From Rotaria socialis (lineage: Eukaryota), in contig CAJNYD010000001.1 in assembly GCA_905331295.1 (NCBI GenBank), positions 62,001 through 126,000 on the forward strand: 64,000 nt of DNA. The letters are read 5' to 3'. Made by a program: the position numbers and the translations under genes. Below the pieces are notes generated by a model. That model was not told where the DNA came from. It saw only the letters and a program-made list of their open reading frames with translations, and searched no databases. Below are positions 37,501 to 50,302 of the stretch, piece by piece (the stretch's first letter is position 1; every line of letters starts with the position of its first letter).

Positions 37501-39831
37501 GAAATTCTTATGTTGCCTAGACAAATTTAAACATTAAATCGTCCCCTATTTTGTCACATAGACATTCTTTTTAATTCTTTTTCATTTAGAAATCTTTTTT
37601 TTGTATTTTTATTCAGGGTTAAAGTTAGCGAAATTCTACCACATGTGAATACACCAAAAATTCATTCAATGTATGCTAAAGCACGAGAGAATGAAGGAAG
37701 ATTTAAAGAAGCATGTGCTGCTTATATGAAAGCAGGTGAATGGGAAAATGCTATTAGGTAAGAAATTCTTTTATACAAGCAACATGCTTTCATGGCAACA
37801 TTTCGAAGTATTAACTTTTCGTCATGCAAGGTGATTCTAAGACGACGATGAATAAAATGATATCCAATGGATATTGTTCAGAGTGAAATAGGCAGACTCA
37901 ATCTAGTATTTGAAAATTCTCTAGAATCACAAAAATTGTAGCAAAATGAAGTTTTTAATCATAATTCAAAACTCTTTTGAATGTTATATTTCAATGATTG
38001 AAATTAAATTTTATCAATAAATTTAGCTTAAATTCAATATCTTGATGTAACTTATTTAAAACGTATTTAGAATTCAACTTAATCAATTGAAATCACCTGA
38101 ACAAGCAGTTAAAATTGTTCGTGAAACACAAAGTATTGAAGGTGCTAAAATGGTTGCAAGATTCTTTGAATCAATCAATGATTATAGTTCTGCAATGCAA
38201 TTTCTTGTTTTATCAAAATGTTATACTGAAGCGTTTACAATGGCACAACAGAATGGACTTATGGAGCTTTATGCTCAAGTTATTGGTAAAAAGAAAATTA
38301 ACTTATAAACGCAAAGATTTTGTTCATGCATTCCTTGGTTATTTTATTTTCTTTAGAAAAAGTTCTTAAAGATGGTCGTGATATTCCATTTGATGATCTT
38401 GAAAGTGCAGCAATATTTTTTCAAAATCAAAACAATCATTTACTTGCTGGAAAACTATTTATGTTTGCACAGAATTATGATCGAGTATAGCTTTTTTTGA
38501 ATAATATTTCTTTTTTTCTTCTTTTGACGAAATTTATTCGTTTAGTCATTAACACATTTAATGCGTTGTACTGGTCCAAATGAAAGTAAAGGTATTGATC
38601 TAGCTATAACATGTGTTGGAAAAGCACGAAGTCAACAGCTAACACAAAAACTACTTGAATATTTACTTGGAGAAAAAGATCAAATACCCAAAGTAAAAAC
38701 ATAGAACCAAATGAAAAATATTCTTTTGTATAAATAAAACATTTCATTTTGATTTAGGAAGCAAAATATCTCTTCCGATTTTATTTAAGTTTGGGTCAAT
38801 ATACAGAAGCATCAAAAACAGCTATTATAATCGCACAACAAGATCAAGAATCTGGAAACTATCGAAGTGCTCGTGATGTTCTCTTGACAATGCATCAAGA
38901 ATTGAAAGCACAACGTACAGCTATACCATTTGAAATGGCAAATAGTTTAATGTTATTACATAGTTATATTCTTGTGAAGATTCAAATAAAACTTAATAAT
39001 CATGTAAATCAATTGTTATCTTGCGTTTTCCAATTTTGAAATGTTTTTTGATAATTTAGACTCGTGCAGCAAGACTTCTTAATCGTGTTGCGCATAATGT
39101 TAGCAAGTTTCCTGCTCGTATGTTTGAATTTATATGATTGAATATTTAGTTATGTGGTTGTTTTTAAATAGATATTGTTCAGATTTTAACAACAACAGTT
39201 ATTGAATGTCAAAAAGCAGGAATGAATAATTCAGCATTTAATTTTTCTGTGATACTCATGAGACCAGAATATCGTGACCAGATTGATGCAAAATATAAGA
39301 AAAAAATCGAAGCACTTGTTCGGTGAGAAACTTTTCTTTCTTAAATATCCATAAAGCAAAATCTTTTTTTTTAATATCTTTGTTAGAAAACCAGATAAAA
39401 GTGAAAATGAAGAAGAATTTTCTCAATGTCCACATTGTCATCAACGTGTACCAGATTATGAATTATTATGTCCAAGTTGTCAATTTGCATTACCTTATTG
39501 TATTGTTACTGTATGTAATTTTCGTTTTCGACGAAACATAGAATTTTTATTGGTTAAATTTGTTTTGAATTTAGGGTGCCCACGTTATTCGCGAGGATTT
39601 ATGTTTATGCCCGTCGTGTAATTTTCCAGCGATTCATTCAGAATTTTTAAAGTAAACAAAAGATTGATGCGTTCTATGTTAGTTTTTGTTTGTTGCTTTT
39701 TTTCAAGATATCTGACGATTGATGATGCATGTCCAATGTGTACAACAAGAATTGATGGATCACGTCTTATGAAACTGGATAGCGGAGCAGCTGTGGATAG
39801 TTTTCTTGCACAATCCTCGGATATGTCTTGA
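31578..39831 (+). CDS. WDR19: WD repeat protein 19 / IFT144 (IFT-A core subunit), about 30 exons
   Basis: [97 protein letters not shown]-terminal CPHC/CPSC/CPMC motifs. Confidence 0.95.
32853..32876. repeat. (TAG)8 microsatellite in a WDR19 intron
   Basis: Direct reading. Confidence 0.9.
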
Positions 39832-40486
39832 TTGAAATATTCGTTATTGTTTATTCGGAACGTTATACATGTTGTATACATCATGCTTGTTATTTTAATA
39901 TTCAATAAACGTTGGGGTATTTGAACACACTTTTTAGATATTGAAAATTTCTCTTTTTATATTTTACAATGAAAACAAAAAGATAAAGATTGAAAAAAAA
40001 CCATTGAGGAATGTGTTCAGTATGCAATCTGTTGTTGATTGCCAGAAAGAAAAGTTTCTCAAGTTGTATACAAAAAATGATGTTTTCTTAAAATTGAAAT
40101 TGCTTTGTTTTGTTTACTATTCTTTATAAAAATCATATTCATTGATAGAGAACTATTTGAATTGTGAAATATCCTCAAATGATAATAAAATACTAACATG
40201 CTCCTAAAGCAATTATAAAACTATTAAAATATTTTTATATCAAAAACAGTGCGATTAAAAGACATGATTTATAAAAGTTTTATTTCAGTAGCTAAATTCG
40301 TAAAAGATTCACATAATCGCATTAAATTTCATATTGAATGTTTAAAGAAAAGTTCTTAGAACATTGATTTGTCTTAGTTTTTTTCTCTTCTTGTGACTTA
40401 TGATTGTATTGCGCCAACATGAAAGATCATTAATTGAATAAAGGAAATATTGATGGTATGCCTGTTGAAAATTATAATAATGACAG

Positions 40487-40487
<1 letters not shown>

Positions 40488-40525
<38 letters not shown>
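40488..40525. repeat. (TA)n microsatellite
   Basis: Direct reading. Confidence 0.9.
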
Positions 40526-40526
<1 letters not shown>

Positions 40527-41996
40527 CTAATATGCGGAACTAAGCATCAGCATAGAAGGGTCACAGGACTGATAAGAATTAGTTTGTTGTCTTTCCTCAT
40601 AATTAGTTACTGTTTCATCTGTTGACATAGATGCGGAGTATCTTCTTGTTATGATAATTGTCATGGATAGTATTTCGATAAACCATGTCATCTCTATCAC
40701 ATTGACAGAAAACATTAGATCACGTATTAGATGAAATGAAATTTTTTGTCATTTCTACAATGCAAATACTCGTTTTTTTTAGAAAGAACATAATACTCAT
40801 CAATTGAGTGTTACATATGGGATTAAGACTAAAAACAGCATGGCGTACACAATGTACATGACAAGTACACGTTGCCATGATCTCAACTTAAAACGATCAT
40901 TATACTGAAAAACAATTTTAGCATATTCTAAAGATTAAATGAAAACCCTCATTAACGTGAAGTATTGTTTTCTGATATATGTATGGCCATTAGAAATTAT
41001 AATTCTTTTTATAGTTAATCCCATTTTGTTAATTTTACCCTTTTAGCTTACGCTCCTAAAAAAAACCTAACTAAATTTCTGTTCGCTTCGAAAATATTAA
41101 AATAGATTCTTACGCTAAGTTTTGATTAACAATTATCTCCTTTAACAATCTGCTATTTCATGATCAATGTGAATTCAATTTAACATTGATTTCAATAAAC
41201 ATAAGATGTAATAAATCTGAATATGTTGTCAGATCTACCAGAGGATGATTGAATCCAATACTGAATAGAAACATTTCACTTTATACTAGAAGATATTGTT
41301 CAAGTACAAATTTACGTATAGTATCATTTTCATATTATAAAATTCAATTATTAAATCTAGAAATACTAACAAATATATCTACATATTTAAGGAGTATGTA
41401 AGATTACATGAAAATTTTGAATCTTGTTGGTAAGCATGGAACAAAATGAAAATTATTTATTTTTTGGAAAGCAACACTGTGAGATTGAAATCAAAAGTCT
41501 TATTACACAATGTCTCATTAAAACAAATTATTCAAAACTATAATGAGTTCATGAAGTTATGACTAATTATGAAGCAATATATTATGTTTACTGGCTACAT
41601 TCTCTATCCATCAGCAATTTAACAATCAAAAAGTCTTGTTTATTATCATAAACTGAATTTTGTCATAATCATAAACTTAAATCCTACAAGTCCTATGCAA
41701 TACTTGAGAATCCAGCATCCATTATCAGAGAGGAATCTGAATAGTATAAGAAAATATTCATGGTAAAATTAAATTGAATGAAAGATTTAAATTTTTTCGT
41801 TAGGTATTTATATAATTCGAAAAATATTTTAGACGTAAAAACATCGGAAATTCACTGTGAAAAAATAGTTTCAAACATTTAAATTCGATAGTTTTAAGTA
41901 ACATGTGAAAAAAAGAGAACAAAACCGTTATAATACAGTTTTTTATAAAAACAAAAATAAAACTATTCTTGAAATTACTTTCAAAGACATGAATAG

Positions 41997-42164
41997 TCAA
42001 CTTTCTCGACGTGGTGAAGTACAACGGCGTTGTTCAAATTTGATTGGCACTGCTCGAGTACGAATTGCAAACATAGGTTGAAATGGACAACACGGTCTTT
42101 TCGATGGTGGTAACGATGCATATCCGTGATAACAAGGAGATGGACGACTATATTTCAGACCCAT
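41997..42164 (-). CDS. Candidate 55-aa microprotein with an N-myristoylation motif
   Basis: MGLKYSRPSPCYHGYASLPPSKRPCCPFQPMFAIRTRAVPIKFEQRRCTSPRRES*. The ORF coincides with a locally GC-richer island and is below the ORF-track length cutoff. Confidence 0.55.
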   Translation of the reverse strand: MGLKYSRPSPCYHGYASLPPSKRPCCPFQPMFAIRTRAVPIKFEQRRCTSPRRES

Positions 42165-43891
42165 ATGATAGAGCAAACTAGTTTATATTAACTGAAATTG
42201 TAGTAATGAGAAGTAATGATATTATATATATATAACAAAACTGATAAGAGAAAGAAAACGGATTTGACAGTGTAGAGTTTTTCTGTCATACGCTAGCTAA
42301 TAATTACTATGCGCTATATCGTGCTTGTTGGAGAAAAAAGAAAAAAATAATAATAATACGAATGAAATAGAACCATTCAGCTGCCAAGTGTCTGTTGCAA
42401 AGCTGATTAAACGTAAAGTCTGTTGATATGCGTTTTTAAAAAATTTCTAAAAATAGGTGCATACTAGCTTAGTTAAGCTTGGGTTATCATTTAAAATGAT
42501 GAGGAAAAGCAGGCTTTTGAACTGAAAAAAAGCTGACAGCTACACAATTGGATCTAAACTCTATTGGAGGTGTACCTGAGCTCTTTTGCATTGATTTTTC
42601 AAGATGTCTGCATAATAATATACGATGTCATATTCAAGGGTGAAGTTTTCAGCTTTTCATCGTCTTTTGGCTGGATAGAGAAAATGCCAGTTCATTTCTA
42701 GTTTTTTTTGCCGTCTATTTAAATATATTTAAAGTTTTTCTATTAATTGAAAAACAAGAATGATATCATTGAAAGTTATTAAATCAGCACTAATGCTATG
42801 CAACTTATGTCGGATATAATAATTTCTATTCAATGATCTAAAATAAAACTATACCGTACAAAGCATTGAGATCAGATTTTCTGTTTTATTTTCCGAACAA
42901 AAATGAATTTTTCAATCAGGTTTCCAATTCTGGTCTAGTTGTGTATGACACGATCTGTAACTCTTTCAATCTGTATCACATTAAACAATCTTCTTAATAA
43001 GTCATTCATATTTAGAAACACATTATTTGTGTTAAATATAAGAAATGTTTAGATCAACAAAAATATTTCGACTCAAATTTTGTCCATTCACTAGATATCT
43101 ATCATGTCATTAGACAAACATAATTGAACTTACTTTTGAACTACGGAAAAGAGACTTGTATACTCTATTTGAACTTTTAATGATACCATTCACCTTTAAT
43201 TATTTTGTCACATAAAAGGAAACTTTTTGACTACTCGAACACGACCAATTTGCCAAACTATTCTTATCCTTTAGAGTATCACTCAAAAAAGTAAATGCCG
43301 CAATAAGACATTACAATCTCTCATAGAAGATTTGTTTCTTTCTAAAAATACTTGCTCAAACTCAGGTTCTAATTTAGGTTGACTGAAATACTTGATCTAT
43401 TATTTCAAAAACAAAGAACCAGTTCAAAGACATTCATCATCTCTGATGAAAACTTGAGCGTAGTAGTTTTATTTATTTTAGTATTTACCGAAAGACTTAC
43501 TTTTTTTTAAATTAGAATTCAGTATAAGAATGTATCTATATTTATTTTTATCACTCTAATCTATTATTTTCAATTGTTTTCTCATTATAATATCTGTGGT
43601 ACTAGAGACCGAAAATAAGATCACATCAAATTGTCTGAGTTCAATACTAATAGTTCTAATGAAATTTTATTTCTCTCATATTTCGAATTATAAATTGCTG
43701 TATCATTATCTATAATGACTAAATTTAAATTAAATAATTACATTCTAATGAAAGTGTAAAAATACCAAAAAATTAAAATAATAGCTGATCATAATTATTG
43801 AGTATTTCTATCAAAGAAAATACTCCCATATCATGCAATCCTCTGTGATATAAACCTAAAGCGCTGTCATTTTTAGATTCAATTTTGTAAT

Positions 43892-43893
<2 letters not shown>

Positions 43894-43923
<30 letters not shown>
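43894..43923. repeat. (TAA)n microsatellite
   Basis: Direct reading. Confidence 0.9.
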
Positions 43924-44161
43924 GTAAAATCTGTGTAACTATAATAGAGCGCGTAAATCTGTTGATAATTAGTGACATCTTGTTCTTGTAGCATTGACTA
44001 TCTGATACGTCGTTGTAACAAGCAAATAAATAAATGTTCTATTTGTATCCGTCACGATGAACTCTTATCTGTCTGATAGATGAACATATGGATAATATTT
44101 CCTTTTCTTTCTTGTTCGTTGTGCTTTCTATAGATCTTATTAACAATAATCGATTTCACAA

Positions 44162-45118
44162 ATGACTGTCTATAATCTTCCTGATGATATAACATTTACG
44201 AAAACTATCATTACACCAGGTCATGGGCTCTATGCGCCCAATGAAGGTATATAACTAAATAATATTATTTTTTAATTAGACTTCTATAATTGATCTAGGG
44301 TCTAATTGTAAAGTAATTATTAAATTTTCACCAACAGATTATGTGTTAAATGAAAATAAATATAACGATCTTCTTCCATTGAATGAAGAAATAAACATTC
44401 ATCTTGGATTTTATTCAACAGTAATAAGTAATTATGTACACAAATGCTTAGTAACAATGAAACAAAATGAGTTATCTCAATTAGATTTTGATTATTCTTC
44501 TCATACGTAAAAATTTCTTCACTTATTTGTCTCTGCAAACTAAATATTTTAATTTTTAATTTTAGTGATGAAAATCAAACAATAAAAATTGTCATACATT
44601 TAATTTCATTTGAACGCTTTCCAGAAATATATTCCATGTCAATCGACAATCTTTATAATTTTGCTTTAAAGCATAAAGAAAATGCAAATAAATTTTTTCA
44701 ACATAAAAATTATTGTCAAGCTTTTAAACTTTATCATCGTTCATTGTGTTATGTATTAAATTTTATTAATGAACAACCAATAGATGAACATAATGAAATT
44801 TTAGAAAATTTCAATCAACTTATTTTATCAATCTATTCAAATATATCAGCATGTCAATTAATTTATGGAAATAACATAAATGTTATTGCAAATTGTTCAT
44901 CAGCACTTGAAATCAATCCTAAATATGTGAAAGCATTATATCGACGTGGTTGTGCTTATGCAAATTTGAAAGATTATGAATTAGCATTAAAAGATATTGA
45001 ATTAGCAAATAAAATTCAACCACACGATGAGAAAATAGAAAATTTATTCAAAACAACAAAACAAAGATTAGAAGAATATAATAAAACATTAGGAAACTCA
45101 TTAAAACATTTATTTTAA
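44162..45118 (+). CDS. FKBP-like domain + TPR co-chaperone (FKBPL/FKBP4-like; exons 44162-44246, 44299-44506, 44566-45118)
   Basis: FTKTIITPGHGLYAPNEGSNCKV...KCLVTMKQNE...IHLISFER (degenerate FKBP fold), then TPRs KENANKFF, SIYSNISACQL, KALYRRGCAY. Confidence 0.82.
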
Positions 45119-45176
45119 AATCGATAAACGAGAATTCGATTCAATTTGTTCGTTTTTGTTCTATATATGCAAAAAT

Positions 45177-46889
45177 ATGTTTATTTTTCAGATGTTTTCT
45201 ATTTACTTTTTTCTTATTCTTTTTACAAGTATTATTTGTGAAGATTTCTATTCATTTACAGTCAAAGACTGGCAAGGAAATGATGTTTCATTAGAACAAT
45301 ATCGTGGAAAAGTAAATCAATTTTAATAGTTTATACGAAAAACAAATAAAAATGAAATTTTTAATCTTGTTTTAGGTTACATTGGTTGTTAATGTAAGTT
45401 GTGCTCTCTTTTTATTTGACTATGCATAAATTAATGTTGAACAAATTTTCAAAAAAGAAATATTATTAGAAAAATAAAAATGAACTATGAGCGATATTTG
45501 CTTGGTTCTGGTTAACAAATAAATATACTTTACTTTGATATTACGATATATTCAATTGAGATCACTCTTTTTCTTGTCTTTAAGATTGACGCAAAGACAA
45601 GGTTTTTCATTGATATCCAGACTAGCGTGCGTTTCGATTTCTTTTTGTATGTACTGTATTAGTTGGATAAAACATATCTATGCTTTCTTATTGTAAAAGA
45701 AGTATAGAAAACGATTAGTAGAAATGATGAAATATCATGAATTCGAACTGGTAACCTACATAATAAACTAATTGATCCGGAGACAAAAGCGGACATTTAA
45801 TTTTGGCTATTCGCAATTTTCTGTGATAATTATTCAAATTGCCGCTACAAGTCTATTAATGAGCTTCGTATTGGGAATGATAAGTTGTTCTCTGATTATT
45901 TTTCATCGTTTAGTAAACTTTCAAAAAAATAACGAAGTAATTACACCAATTATTTACTCACTATGATTTTGTTTTCGTCGAAATGAACATCAAGAAGAGT
46001 AGAATGATCGAAATCTTTAGTTAAGGTATTTGTCTACAATATGATTTCGATCAGTTGATCGCATTCAAAATCAGGTCTAATCTATTTGATGGGTAACAAA
46101 TACAACATAGAATTCTTAATCCTGACTTATTATCGATGTTATTCTAAACTTCGTTTATCAATTAGATGAATTGAAAAATATAAGTACGAATAAACGATAA
46201 AATTCAAATTGAAAACTAATTATTAGTAAGAAATTCTAAGTTTGAAAAAAGAATGACTAAGTTTTTCTGAAAGATAAACGAATATTGATTTTCTTTCACA
46301 CGGTATATTTGCGTAAATATAAATCTCTTTCAATTAAAATAGGTAGCAAGTGAATGTTCATTTACTGATTCCCATTACGAAGCTCTTGTTGGCATTCAAC
46401 AAAAACTTAATCGAGGTAATCGAAATATTTTTCAAGTTCTTGCTTTTCCAAGCAATCAATTTGGTAATCAAGAACCAAATGTAAAAAGTCTTTGTTTCAT
46501 GACCTATTTAGTTTGTAGCTATTTTTTTAAATTTTAAAAGGATGATATGAAAATTCAATTGTGGGCTGCAGATATGTTTGATATCAATTTTCCCATATTT
46601 GCTAAAGGTGCTGTTATAGAGCAAGATAACGAAGTTGAAGAATTACCTGAAATTTGGAAATTTTTAAGTGGTAAGAAAATTAATTATCTAATAAATTGAT
46701 ATCGTTAAGAAGTCTAATTTGGTTTTAGAAAAATCTGAACCACCAATGTGGAATTTTTGGAAATATTTAATTGATCCAAATGGTAATGTTATCAAGGCAT
46801 ATTCATCAGATATAAATATTCGTCAAGTTTATCCCGATATACAAAAATTACTTCTTAAGCATAAATTACTTGATAAACCAGAATTATAA
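45177..46889 (+). CDS. GPX7: Glutathione peroxidase 7-like, Cys-type, ER-luminal (exons 45177-45311, 45376-45393, 46343-46480, 46541-46670, 46729-46889)
   Basis: Signal peptide; DFYSFTVKD, SLEQYRGK/VTLVVN/VASECSFTDSHY, VLAFPSNQFGNQEP, PMWNFWKYL; ends KPEL (KDEL-like). Confidence 0.85.
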
Positions 46890-47416
46890 TCAAATATTTC
46901 AAATGCATGATTGTTTCTTTCATAGATAAAGTCAAAGTTTATGATACGAGTGTTATATTTATTCTTGCTGTTATTAATCGTTTTTATTATTCTAGTCGAA
47001 ATATGTTATTCATGTGTGCATTTGCGTGAACACTTTTTTTTATACTCAAAGCTTGTTAACGTTTGCTGTTGTTTGAGTAATATTATTCTCAGAGTTTTTT
47101 TTCTAAATAAATTTAATAAATATAAAATTAGGTTTTTCTCTTAGCTGCTCAATTCATTCATGTAGTTTGCTTCAGCAATTTTATTTGTTTAAATGATTTG
47201 CTTTGAACGTTTCGATTGATTCATATGATTTGAAGAAGATGATCAATTATATCTAAACGATTTGATAAAACAACATGACTTTTATTCAAATCTTGCTGCG
47301 TTCTTTTGTTTGTGCTTTACTAACACTAGAGAATTTTTCTTGTTTCTTGATATGCTTTTGAATGAATTTCTTCAGATTGAAAAGTTTTCTTGTACAATCA
47401 TATATTTTCCCCAGTG

Positions 47417-48349
47417 ATGCCTTCGACCCCTACTAGTAATTTTGTTGTTTTACCTAACCGTCCAATTGTTACATCGAATGGTGAAATCAATCGAAGTCAT
47501 TTAAAACTTCACTATTGGGAATGGAAAGGTCATGAGCCAATCATACTTTTTTGTCATGGCTGTTCATTTCATGGCCGATGCTATGATCGTATTATTAATG
47601 AAGCTTTAAATGGTTTTCATGTAATTGCTATAGACTTACGTGGCCATGGCCGATCACAAGCACATCCTCCTAATTATGATGTTCGATGGCTTGGAGAAGA
47701 TGTTTTAGAATTTATTGAAACACTCAGTCTTTCAAAAGATCAACTCATTGGTATTGCTCATTCTATGGGTGGCTATGCATTAACTTATGCTGCAGCTATA
47801 GCACCAACACGTTTATTTCGATATTTGCTCTTGTTCGATCCTGGTATTATTTCTCGGTCATTGTATAGTATTGGTGATCAGAGACATGAAGCATTGGACT
47901 ATATTTTACGTCGAAAAAATCAATGGTCTTCTATCGAAGAAATGATATCAAAATTAGAAAACCGTGAACCATTTTCACGATGGTTAAAAGATATTCTTCG
48001 AAATTATTGTACTTACGCATTGAATGAAAATTATAAACTTACATGTACTGCAGAAGCAGAACATTCCTTATATCAATCAAGTTTACAATCGATCTCCAAC
48101 ATTTATCCATTGATTGAACAATCAAAATTTATTAAAGATATTCCAATACATGTCGTAAGATCATCACTTCCATTTTCTATAGGTCAATTTGATACATCAC
48201 CAACAGCACCGGATCTTGTAAAATGGTTTAAAAAAGGACGAATTACTCATATGAAAAATGCCACACATTTGTTTCCAATGGAACAACCTGGGTTAACGAG
48301 TGATTATGTGAAAGACATGATTAGAGAAAATATACGTTCTCAACTTTAA
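47417..48349 (+). CDS. Alpha/beta hydrolase, copy 1 (intronless)
   Basis: FCHGCSFHGRCYD, DLRGHGRS, nucleophile AHSMGG, THLFPMEQP; C-terminal SQL. Confidence 0.9.
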   Translation: MPSTPTSNFVVLPNRPIVTSNGEINRSHLKLHYWEWKGHEPIILFCHGCSFHGRCYDRIINEALNGFHVIAIDLRGHGRSQAHPPNYDVRWLGEDVLEFIETLSLSKDQLIGIAHSMGGYALTYAAAIAPTRLFRYLLLFDPGIISRSLYSIGDQRHEALDYILRRKNQWSSIEEMISKLENREPFSRWLKDILRNYCTYALNENYKLTCTAEAEHSLYQSSLQSISNIYPLIEQSKFIKDIPIHVVRSSLPFSIGQFDTSPTAPDLVKWFKKGRITHMKNATHLFPMEQPGLTSDYVKDMIRENIRSQL

Positions 48350-49209
48350 ATCGTTTTGCTAGTACTACAAATATATATGTAATGATTAAAATAAGCATTC
48401 CAGTTTTGATCAGACGAAAATTGCCTTCTATTTTAAACTACTTGTTTTTCTGAATGATATTAGAAGTAAATCGATCAACTGACAAATAATTAGAATCTAA
48501 CCAAATAAATAAAAATGAGAAAATAGTTTTATTGTTGAAAATATAAATTCTTTAAAATCTATGTTTAGAACAAAATTTAAACATCTATTGTCATATAGTG
48601 TAAGAGATACTGAAGCAACAAAAATTTACGTTCTTGCATTGAAAAGAGACTTTTAAGTAAGAGATTTTGTTTTCTTTTAAAGTAAAATCGTGTGAAGATT
48701 CTGATTGATAAATTAACGCTTTAACTTATTCAAAATAAGCGATACTTTTTGTTTAAACTCTGAATGTCTTCTAGTCGATTAATTTACTTCTAGTTTGATT
48801 CTAACTTTTTCTTGATATATTCAAAAATTGATTTAAAATTGAATTTCGATCGCACTCTAAGTATGCCATCATCGTAGTGCATTTTTTTATTAAAATTTTT
48901 TCTTACAAATATAGCAATAAAATCAGAAATAAAAAATACAATTATTACAACTACGCATGAACAAAATTCAAATTATTGTGTATTTAGAAAAGAACTACCA
49001 TATGCTTGCATCAAGATATTTATCGAGATTTTGCCCAATGTTTCTATCGCCAAGTAAGAACTTACAGTGTAAGTGTAACATGTCCATAATAAAAATAAAA
49101 TTCAACTGAATTTTTGTTTTATAAAGTGTGATGTTTGTCTTTTCTGATTTATATGAAAGCTCTTCATCGAATACTTCCTAAATTTTTGTTTTTCGCTTTT
49201 TTAGATTGA

Positions 49210-50184
49210 ATGGTTGTTTTCTTTTCTCGTATTTTCCGGCGCATGATGTCAACTGGTCCTACTAGTCACTTTGTCACTTTACCTAACCGTTCAATTGTTC
49301 AGGCTAATGGGAAAGTTGATCAAGGTTCGCTTAAACTTCACTATTGGGAATGGGAGGGTCGTCAACCTACTATAATCTTTTGTCATGCTGCTTCATTTCA
49401 TGGTCGATGTTATGATCCGATTATAAATGAAGCTTTGCATGGTTTTCATGTAATCGCTTTAGATTTCCGTGGTCATGGTCGATCACAAACACATCCTCCT
49501 CCTTATCGTTTTCGATGGTTTGCTGAGGATGTTTTACAATTTATTGAAACGCTCAATATCCCAACAAATCATCTTATAGGTATTGGCCATTCAGTTGGTG
49601 GATATGCTTTGACTATGGCAGCAGCACTAGCATCAAAACGACTGTTTCAAGCATTACTGTTACTTGATCCAGTTATTTTCTCACCGTCAACGTATCACGA
49701 ATCTGATACTATTTCGTTTGATGTAAATTACATTCGTCGTCGAAAAAGCCAATCGTCATCTGTTAACGATATGATTTCAAGACTCGAAAAGCGTGAACCA
49801 TTTTCACGATGGCCACAACAGACTCTTCGTAATTATTGTACTTATGCTCTTGATGAAAATCATAAACTGGTATGCGAACCTGAAGGTGAAGCTTCGATCT
49901 ACGAAACAAGTACTCAATCCGATTCAAATATCTATCCGATAATTGAAAAATCAAAATTTATTAACGAAATTCCAATCCATATAGTTCGAACTTCAACAGC
50001 AACTTCTTCGAATCCTTTCGATGCATCCCCAACGAATCCTGACCTTTACAAATCATTCCGAAAAGGACAAGATACACAACTAGAAAACACGAAACACTTC
50101 TTTCCTATGGAACAACCAGAGATAGCAATTGATTTAGTGAAAAAGTTGATAGAACAAAATCTAAATGTATTTTCACATCTATAA
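49210..50184 (+). CDS. Alpha/beta hydrolase, copy 2 (intronless tandem paralogue)
   Basis: FCHAASFHGRCYD, DFRGHGRS, GHSVGG, KHFFPMEQP; C-terminal SHL. Confidence 0.9.
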   Translation: MVVFFSRIFRRMMSTGPTSHFVTLPNRSIVQANGKVDQGSLKLHYWEWEGRQPTIIFCHAASFHGRCYDPIINEALHGFHVIALDFRGHGRSQTHPPPYRFRWFAEDVLQFIETLNIPTNHLIGIGHSVGGYALTMAAALASKRLFQALLLLDPVIFSPSTYHESDTISFDVNYIRRRKSQSSSVNDMISRLEKREPFSRWPQQTLRNYCTYALDENHKLVCEPEGEASIYETSTQSDSNIYPIIEKSKFINEIPIHIVRTSTATSSNPFDASPTNPDLYKSFRKGQDTQLENTKHFFPMEQPEIAIDLVKKLIEQNLNVFSHL

Positions 50185-50302
50185 TTATGAACTATTCGAT
50201 AATACATGAATTCGAAAGTCATGATGACACGCTTTTACTTTTACTTAATAAAAATGCTATGCATCTTTTGATTTTAGATTTATTTTCGAAATCATTAGAG
50301 AA

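Noticed and set aside
46343..46360. Selenocysteine in the GPx active site
   Set aside because: The codon is TGT (Cys), not TGA.
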